From positions 1,140,001-1,172,000 of the forward strand of contig NC_007614.1 in the NCBI RefSeq assembly GCF_000196355.1: a stretch of DNA of 32,000 bases, given 5' to 3'. Of this stretch, positions 26,493-32,000 are shown in pieces. Both the position numbers and the translations under genes were made by a program. This DNA is from Nitrosospira multiformis ATCC 25196. Lineage in GTDB: Bacteria > Pseudomonadota > Gammaproteobacteria > Burkholderiales > Nitrosomonadaceae. Below the pieces are notes generated by a model that worked only from the letters and a program-made list of their open reading frames with translations, did not search any database and was not told the DNA's origin. Every line of letters starts with the position of its first letter. Position 1 is the first letter of the stretch.

Positions 26493-26550
26493 ATTTGCAG
26501 TCCCGTTTTCCGATTCGGACTTCCAGAAAAATTTATAAAAAAACTTAACT

Positions 26551-26559
26551 ATTTTACCA
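26551..26559 (-). promoter_or_regulatory. Candidate extended -10 element (TGgTAAAAT) for the petABC operon
   Basis: The minus strand reads ...catGGTAAAATag about 60 nt upstream of the petA ATG, in an AT-rich region. The -35 is weak (TTATTT at 17-nt spacing). This rests on a sequence-pattern match only. Confidence 0.3.
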
Positions 26560-26932
26560 TGATACGTATTGGAAAATAAATATTGATTGCAAGATGACTT
26601 GAGCGGGCAAAGCGATGAAACTTGAAACATTATATTTTTTAATCAAACAGATATGACCTCCGTATCTCCCCGCGGGCTGAAATGACTCCAAGTGAAATAG
26701 TCCCGGATTTGAAGCCTTCAAAAGGCTAAGCAGGGGGACAAACAGGGAGCCCTGCAACTATAATGTCTTGATCATGGAACCTGTGGGGCAAAGGGGATGC
26801 TTCAGTCGATCTGCGCGAGGTAACGGGTGCGAGGGGGCAGGACTGTTACAAGGATGGGCGGGGAGGAAAAGAAATGGTCAACCCTAACGAACAGCTGGAT
26901 ATTGGATATCATGGGATAACTACGAGGCCGGC

Positions 26933-27130
26933 ATGAAACGACCGGTTGTCAATTGTCCGCAGTGCGGCAAGAGTGTCGCGTGGGATAACAGCAATCCTTT
27001 TCGCCCGTTTTGTTCGGAACGCTGCAAATTGATCGACCTGGGGCAGTGGGCGACGGAATCCTACCGTATTCCCGATACGGGAAAGGATTCGGAAAAACAG
27101 GAGAACGATCCGTCAGGAAGCGAGAAATAG
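26933..27130 (+). CDS. yacG: DNA gyrase inhibitor YacG (zinc-finger protein)
   Basis: 65 aa. CPQCGK...[25 protein letters not shown] is the YacG C4 zinc ribbon plus the conserved DLG.W motif. Confidence 0.9.
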   Translation: MKRPVVNCPQCGKSVAWDNSNPFRPFCSERCKLIDLGQWATESYRIPDTGKDSEKQENDPSGSEK

Positions 27131-27306
27131 AGGCAAGGCGGCCAGGGCGTCAAAGGGTTTAGGGAATCGCTGGACAGATTCCTCACAGGCGCCACGGCGG
27201 CTTTGCAGGATAAGATGCGCGAAAGGGAGGACGCGATGGTCCGATCGCGGAGAGAGGAGCGGTACCGTCCAAAGGAAGATGGGCCTCGAGGCGGAATACA
27301 GCTTCT

Positions 27307-28284
27307 TCAGGCCTTCTGCCCGGTGCCGCGCACCTGCTCAATACGGCGCATCAGGGCGATGCCGTGGGCACCGTGTTCCCAGGCAATGGCAAGATCTTCG
27401 CTTTGCAGCCCTCCCAGCGCATAGACAGGGATGGCGCTGCCGTGGATGATTCTGGCAAGCTTTCGCCAGCCCAGCACGGGGGAATCGGGATGGCTCAATG
27501 TCGGAAGTACGGGAGCCAGAACGGCGAAATCCATTTCCAGTTGCTCGGCCCGGAAAAGCTCTTCGGCGTTGTGACAGGAGGCCGCGCACCATTCTACATC
27601 GGGTCGTTTCGAAAGATTCATCAGATCAGCCGATGTAAAGTGGATTCCATCCATATCCAATTCCTGGCAGAGGCTCTCGTTACCCGTGCCGCTGTTTACG
27701 AGAATGCGGGCGCCGTAATGATGGGCCAGTGCGGTTACTTCACGGGCAAAGGCATCCAGCGCTTTACTCCGCATTCCTTTTTCGCGTAGCTGCACCAGCC
27801 GTAGTCCTTTCTGGAGAGCGTGCCCGATTCGGGCTGCTGCAATTTGTGGCCCCCACTCCGCGGCATTCGTAATCCCATACACGGGGGGCAAGGCAAGTGC
27901 CCGCAATACGGGTGCGTTGGCAGGGAGCAACGGCTCTACAGAGACATTGTCCGCAAACTGCCACGACAGCTCCTGGTCTTCATGCGGATGAGGCTCGCCA
28001 TGCCACTCCACGACCCGATAAAAGTGAAGCCGTACCCTGGCATGAGGATAGGTGAATGTGCGGGTTATCCAGGGGTACGCATGCTTGACATGTATGCCCA
28101 ATTCTTCCAGCAGTTCGCGCTTGAGTGCGCGCAACAGGGATTCTTCCGGATTGACCTTGCCACCCGGAAATTCCCAGTAGCCGGCATAGGGTTTGCCTTC
28201 CGGGCGACGGGCCAAAAGAAAGGAACCGTCGCTCCCGATGATGATGGCGGCAACAACTTCAACGATGGAGGGAGCGGGGCGCAT
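27307..28284 (-). CDS. Nudix hydrolase (MutT-like 8-oxo-dGTPase) fused to a thiamine-phosphate-synthase/TenI-like domain
   Basis: 325 aa. The N-terminal Nudix box is GGKVNPEESLLRALKRELLEELGI. The C-terminal ~190 aa form a ThiE/TenI-type TIM barrel (LRLVQLREK...GIHFTSADL...SCHNAEEL...DFAVLAPVLPT.SH...IPVYALGGL). This fusion is common in betaproteobacteria. Confidence 0.85.
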   Translation of the reverse strand: MRPAPSIVEVVAAIIIGSDGSFLLARRPEGKPYAGYWEFPGGKVNPEESLLRALKRELLEELGIHVKHAYPWITRTFTYPHARVRLHFYRVVEWHGEPHPHEDQELSWQFADNVSVEPLLPANAPVLRALALPPVYGITNAAEWGPQIAAARIGHALQKGLRLVQLREKGMRSKALDAFAREVTALAHHYGARILVNSGTGNESLCQELDMDGIHFTSADLMNLSKRPDVEWCAASCHNAEELFRAEQLEMDFAVLAPVLPTLSHPDSPVLGWRKLARIIHGSAIPVYALGGLQSEDLAIAWEHGAHGIALMRRIEQVRGTGQKA

Positions 28285-28292
28285 GAAGAGGT

Positions 28293-29192
28293 TTATTGTT
28301 CCGCGCGGAACTCTGTTTTGTCCGCGGGTTTCTGCCCAGCTTTCTCTCTACCTGCCCGGTCGCGCGCGAACTGCCACGCCACCCGCCCGTTGCGGGAACC
28401 TCGTCCGAGGGCCCAGCGTAGCGCTTCTTCCCGTATGCTGTCGTCCATTTTGTCTATGCCGAAATAGGCGAGCCAGCGCGCCACGATGTCCAGATACTGT
28501 TCCTGGTCGAAAGGGTAAAAAGATATCCATAAACCAAAACGTTCCGATAGCGACGTCTTTTCCTCGACCGCTTCGCTCGGGTGAATCTCCCCTCCGGTAT
28601 GCCGCGTGTCCTGGTTATCCACCCTATATTCGGGCATCAGGTGGCGCCGATTGGAGGTGGCGTAGACAAGCACATTCTCGGACGCAGTGGCAATCGAGCC
28701 ATCGAGAACCACTTTCAGGGCCTTGTAGCCTGGCTCGCCGGATTCAAACGACAGGTCGTCGCAATAGAGAATGAAGCGTTCCGGACGACGATATACCTTC
28801 TCCACGATTTCCGGCAAATCAACGAGATGGTGCTTTTCTACTTCGATGAGACGCAACCCATCGGCTGCGTATTTATTCAGCATCGCTTTTACCAGCGACG
28901 ACTTGCCTGTTCCGCGAGCTCCCGTAAGCAGCACGTTATTGGCAGGATGATGCCGCACGAATTGCCGTGTATTCTGATCTACAAGGCTTTTTTGCCGCCC
29001 TATGCTCTGCAATGCCTCGAAGGTGATGCTATCAGGATAACGCACCGGTTCGATGAATCCGCTGCGTCCTGTCTTTCGCCAGCGAAAGGCTGCGGCATTC
29101 CACTCCGGCTCGGGCGCGTCAGCGCGCAGCAACCCTTCCAGCCGGGAGAGCAGAGTTTCCGCCCGATCATACAACCTATCCCAATCGTTCAT
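28293..29192 (-). CDS. AAA-type ATP-binding protein of the DUF815 family
   Basis: 299 aa. The Walker A is NVLLTGARGTGKSSLVKA and the Walker B-like motif is FILYCDDLSF. The length and its position between argJ and mutT fit the conserved DUF815 gene. Confidence 0.85.
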   Translation of the reverse strand: MNDWDRLYDRAETLLSRLEGLLRADAPEPEWNAAAFRWRKTGRSGFIEPVRYPDSITFEALQSIGRQKSLVDQNTRQFVRHHPANNVLLTGARGTGKSSLVKAMLNKYAADGLRLIEVEKHHLVDLPEIVEKVYRRPERFILYCDDLSFESGEPGYKALKVVLDGSIATASENVLVYATSNRRHLMPEYRVDNQDTRHTGGEIHPSEAVEEKTSLSERFGLWISFYPFDQEQYLDIVARWLAYFGIDKMDDSIREEALRWALGRGSRNGRVAWQFARDRAGREKAGQKPADKTEFRAEQ

Positions 29193-29569
29193 GACCAGTC
29201 CTGAAATTGCTCAATTATACCCGTAACGAATTTCAGGGCCCGTCCACGGAATTCGCCACGGTAGCTGGAGGTATATTGAGAAAGACTCCTGTGTAAGCTT
29301 CAGGCGGTATCAGGACGGTATCTGCCGCCAAACGCGGTGTCAAATGCACGATTTATGTGCGCTAACGAACGGAATGGCTCAGCTAAAAACGTCATGATTT
29401 AACGCGGTACGTCAGGCAGTTGTCCAGCTACCGGGTTCCCGTTTTCCGGGTTCCGATAGAACCGTAAAAACCAAGAAGATAAAAATCTTTGATGGGTTTC
29501 AGCAATTGGCAAGCGTACGCTTTCCGGGAAACTTCCTTTAAATTGAGTAACCTCTCAGGAGAATACACT

Positions 29570-30175
29570 ATGAATAATATGCCCAGCAAAAAGTCAATCA
29601 TTTCTCTCGCGCTCGGATCTGCTTTCGCTGCAACGCTCGGTACTGCTTCCGTTGCTTCTGCGGCCGACAACCCCTTCGCCGCACAATCCCTTCAGAAAGG
29701 TTTCATGGTAGCGGACAGCCACTATGATAACAAAGGCGGATATGGTGACACCGGCGGATATGGCGACAGGAAGGATGGATATGGTGACACCGGCGGATAT
29801 GGCGACAGGAAGGACGCCTACGGTGGTGACAAGAAGTATGGAGAAGGCCGCTGCGGGATGTCCATGGCGGACACCGATAATGATGGCAGGGTAAGCAGGG
29901 AAGAGCACGCCCGCCACGCCGAAATGATGTTTAACAAGATGGATACCAACAAGGACGGGTATATCGATAAGGATGAGGCCAGCGCGATGAGGAAAAAATA
30001 TCGCGGCCATGGCCACGGTTCCCGACCCGGCGACCAATACGGTGGATCAGGTGACCAGTACCGTGGCGATCAGTACAACCGCGATGGGGGTGTCGATGTG
30101 CATCGTTACCGCGAATATGGTGCGGGCGAGACGGTTCCCCGTGATTTGCCCCATATGAGGCCCATGGGCGAGTAA
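29570..30175 (+). CDS. Secreted EF-hand calcium-binding protein with Gly/Tyr/Asp-rich repeats
   Basis: The start is at ATG 29570, with an AGGAGA SD upstream. The signal peptide is MNNMPSKKSIISLALGSAFAATLGTASVASA|AD. Two canonical EF loops are present: DTDNDGRVSREE and DTNKDGYIDKDE. They are flanked by GYGDTGGYGDRKD x2 and a GDQY-rich tail. Confidence 0.8.
   Translation: MNNMPSKKSIISLALGSAFAATLGTASVASAADNPFAAQSLQKGFMVADSHYDNKGGYGDTGGYGDRKDGYGDTGGYGDRKDAYGGDKKYGEGRCGMSMADTDNDGRVSREEHARHAEMMFNKMDTNKDGYIDKDEASAMRKKYRGHGHGSRPGDQYGGSGDQYRGDQYNRDGGVDVHRYREYGAGETVPRDLPHMRPMGE
29738..29815 (+). repeat. In-frame 39-bp tandem duplication (2 copies, 38/39 identical) encoding GYGDTGGYGDRKD
   Basis: Units 29738-29776 and 29777-29815 were read directly from the sequence. 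They differ only at the last base (gat/gac). Confidence 0.9.
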
Positions 30176-30205
30176 AACACCGTCCTCAGTGAGGACTCCA
30201 ATATT

Positions 30206-30235
30206 GTCGAGAACCGGTTTTGACCGGTTCTCGAC
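30206..30235. terminator. Perfect 12-bp stem / 6-nt loop hairpin between the convergent EF-hand and argJ genes; candidate bidirectional terminator
   Basis: The sequence is GTCGAGAACCGG-TTTTGA-CCGGTTCTCGAC. It lies 31 nt after the EF-hand gene stop and 89 nt after the argJ stop. There is no clear U-tract on either side, so intrinsic-terminator function is uncertain. Confidence 0.5.
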
Positions 30236-30323
30236 AGGGCTGTCCTGTGGCGGAATCGTACGGCATCAGTGCTCAATATATTTCGAGCGGTTGCGGATTG
30301 GGATAGGGACGTGCGCACTGGTA

Positions 30324-31562
30324 TCAGCTTCGATACTCCGCGTTGATTTTTACATAATCGTAAGACAAATCGCAGGTCCAGACAGTGGCTGCAGCCTGCC
30401 CTCTATTCAGTGCGACGCGCACCGTAATTTCCGCTTGTTTCATCACCCGCTGTCCCTCTTTCTCCTCATAAGCAAAGGCTCTTCCCCCGTTTTCCGCAAC
30501 CAGTACATCGTCGAGATAAAGTTGCAGTTTGTTGATGTCAAGAGCTTCTATGCCTGCATAGCCGATGGCGGCCAGTATTCGCCCGAGATTGGGATCTGAA
30601 GCGAAGAACGCTGTCTTGATCAGGGGTGAGCGTGCAATCGCGTAAGCAACCTTGCGGCATTCCTCCACGGTTTTGCCACTTTCCACCTGGATTGTAATGA
30701 ACTTGGTCGCGCCTTCGCCGTCGCGTACGATTTTCTGAGCAAGTTCCACTGCGACACCGGTTATCGCATCTTGCAATTGCACGAACTCCCGGCTTTCCTT
30801 ATCCACGATAGGTGAATGAGCGGCGCATCCGGTGGCCATCAGAATGAATGCGTCATTGGTGGAGGTATCGCCGTCCACCGTGATGCAATTGAAGGAATGG
30901 GCGGCAGCGTGCCGGACCATGTGTTCCAGCAAGGGATTGCTAACGGCGGCATCGGTTGCGATAAAACCCAGCATTGTTGCCATATTCGGATGAATCATTC
31001 CCGAACCTTTGGCAATGCCGGTAATCGTCACGGTTGTACCATTGAGGGCAATCCGGCGGGACACTGCCTTCGGCACAATATCGGTTGTCATGATCGCCTC
31101 AGAGGCGGCGAACCAGTTATCGGCCGCAAGGTTGTTTATTGCCCGTGGCAACCCGGTGACAATTTTGGGCAGAGGCAATGGTTCCATGATCACGCCGGTT
31201 GAAAAAGGCAGTATCTGTTCGCTGGCACACCCGAGCAGCCGGGCAGTCTCGGCGCAGGTGGTACGGGCGTCTTCAATGCCTCTTTCGCCGGTGCCGGCGT
31301 TGGCGCACCCCGTATTGATGACAAGGGCACGAATAGAACTCTTTGAATCGAGGGTCGAAAGATGTTCCCGGGCGACTGTGACTGGCGCTGCGCAAAAATC
31401 ATTCTGTGTAAACACTCCCGCCACCGTCGCCCCGTCATCCAGAACGATGACCAGGAGGTCCTTGCGCCCTGGTTTCCTGATGTTGGCTTCCACTATGCCC
31501 AGGGTGACGCCCTTTATGGCCAGGAGTTGTTCGGGTGGAGCAGGTGTAAAGTTGACAGGCAT
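30324..31562 (-). CDS. argJ: Bifunctional glutamate N-acetyltransferase / amino-acid acetyltransferase ArgJ
   Basis: 412 aa from Met13 of the track ORF (ATG 31562-31560). It carries the ArgJ hallmark autoproteolysis site ([18 protein letters not shown], cleavage before T in ATML) and a conserved C-terminus ending [10 protein letters not shown]. Confidence 0.93.
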   Translation of the reverse strand: MPVNFTPAPPEQLLAIKGVTLGIVEANIRKPGRKDLLVIVLDDGATVAGVFTQNDFCAAPVTVAREHLSTLDSKSSIRALVINTGCANAGTGERGIEDARTTCAETARLLGCASEQILPFSTGVIMEPLPLPKIVTGLPRAINNLAADNWFAASEAIMTTDIVPKAVSRRIALNGTTVTITGIAKGSGMIHPNMATMLGFIATDAAVSNPLLEHMVRHAAAHSFNCITVDGDTSTNDAFILMATGCAAHSPIVDKESREFVQLQDAITGVAVELAQKIVRDGEGATKFITIQVESGKTVEECRKVAYAIARSPLIKTAFFASDPNLGRILAAIGYAGIEALDINKLQLYLDDVLVAENGGRAFAYEEKEGQRVMKQAEITVRVALNRGQAAATVWTCDLSYDYVKINAEYRS

Positions 31563-31893
31563 AATAGATAGGCGAGGTAATGGGCGAATGAAGCGCAATC
31601 GATGCTTGGGTAAAAGAAGACAGTGGTATTATCGTCCACCCTGTTTTTTGAATCGGAAGAGTAGATTGTAGAAAAACGCAATCCTAACCCATCTTCAGGT
31701 TCTCCTCCATCTCATCTTTTCAGCCGCTGATAATGCCGAATAGCCCCGCATTACCCTGACGAGCAGGAAATTAGAATTTTTGCAACTGACAGAAATATTA
31801 TTAACGGCGAATGGCTCTCGTTCGCCGGGCCCCCGTTTTACCTGGCATGCCGCTTGATACGAGCAGGCCAGACAGGAATGAAGGAGAAGATGC

Positions 31894-32000
31894 ATGAATT
31901 ATGATAAAGAACTGGATGTGCGCGGATTGAACTGCCCGCTGCCCATATTGCGCACTAAAAAATCCCTTGTGGACATGATATCGGGCCAGGTGCTGAAAAT
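31894..32000 (+). CDS. tusA: TusA/SirA-family sulfurtransferase; the N-terminal part only, continuing past the right edge
   Basis: ATG 31894 has an AAGGAG SD 6 nt upstream. MNYDKELDVRGLNCPLPILRTKKSLVDM contains the D.RGL.CP.P active-site Cys motif of TusA-like proteins. Confidence 0.8.
   Translation, partial: MNYDKELDVRGLNCPLPILRTKKSLVDMISGQVLK

Noticed and set aside
25890-26630. The ORF track gives 5'-extended versions of several genes: petA to 26630, vapC to 3965, xfp from 12061, ackA from 10901, the membrane protein from 14639, the EF-hand protein from 29489 and argJ to 31598.
   Set aside because: The extensions are not protein-like, or they overlap upstream genes. Internal starts have SD sequences and/or match the conserved family N-termini, so shorter coordinates were reported.

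Overview
This looks like a chromosomal segment from a betaproteobacterium. The gene content and order look Nitrosomonadales-like: petABC-sspAB, Tim44-like/ubiJ/ubiB, argJ-DUF815-mutT with yacG, and a HAF-repeat/PEP-CTERM protein. The taxon is inference only. About 85% of the window is ordinary, intact housekeeping DNA: a potABCD-order polyamine ABC transporter (potD runs off the left edge), ubiB/ubiJ, a tandem-Usp protein followed by acetate kinase and phosphoketolase, a cupin/CMD pair, ppsR/ppsA, tRNA-Thr(UGU), sspAB, the cytochrome bc1 operon, yacG, a MutT-ThiE-like fusion, a DUF815 ATPase, a secreted EF-hand protein, argJ and the start of a tusA-like gene. I found no CRISPR array, intact mobile element or rRNA, and no convincing novel multi-gene system. 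Two patches look accessory. (1) 3144-6417, between potA and ubiB, is a decaying islet. It holds vapBC (the VapC has Tyr where the first catalytic Asp should be), a truncated orphan DinJ-like antitoxin, and a serine recombinase that is 5'-truncated and twice frameshifted. It also holds a HAF-repeat secreted protein made of 135-bp tandem repeats whose PEP-CTERM tail is split by two single-base frameshifts, plus a second PEP-CTERM-like remnant. (2) 20202-22685, on the 3' flank of tRNA-Thr, looks more AT-rich by eye. It carries an orphan cytoplasmic histidine kinase and small ORFs, including a 59-codon ORF with a strong SD that falls just below the ORF-track cutoff. The ~480-bp non-coding gap at 9480-9976, which has long-range inverted repeats, is the best unexplained non-coding signal. 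All calls come from reading the translations and sequence by eye; no database searches were run.
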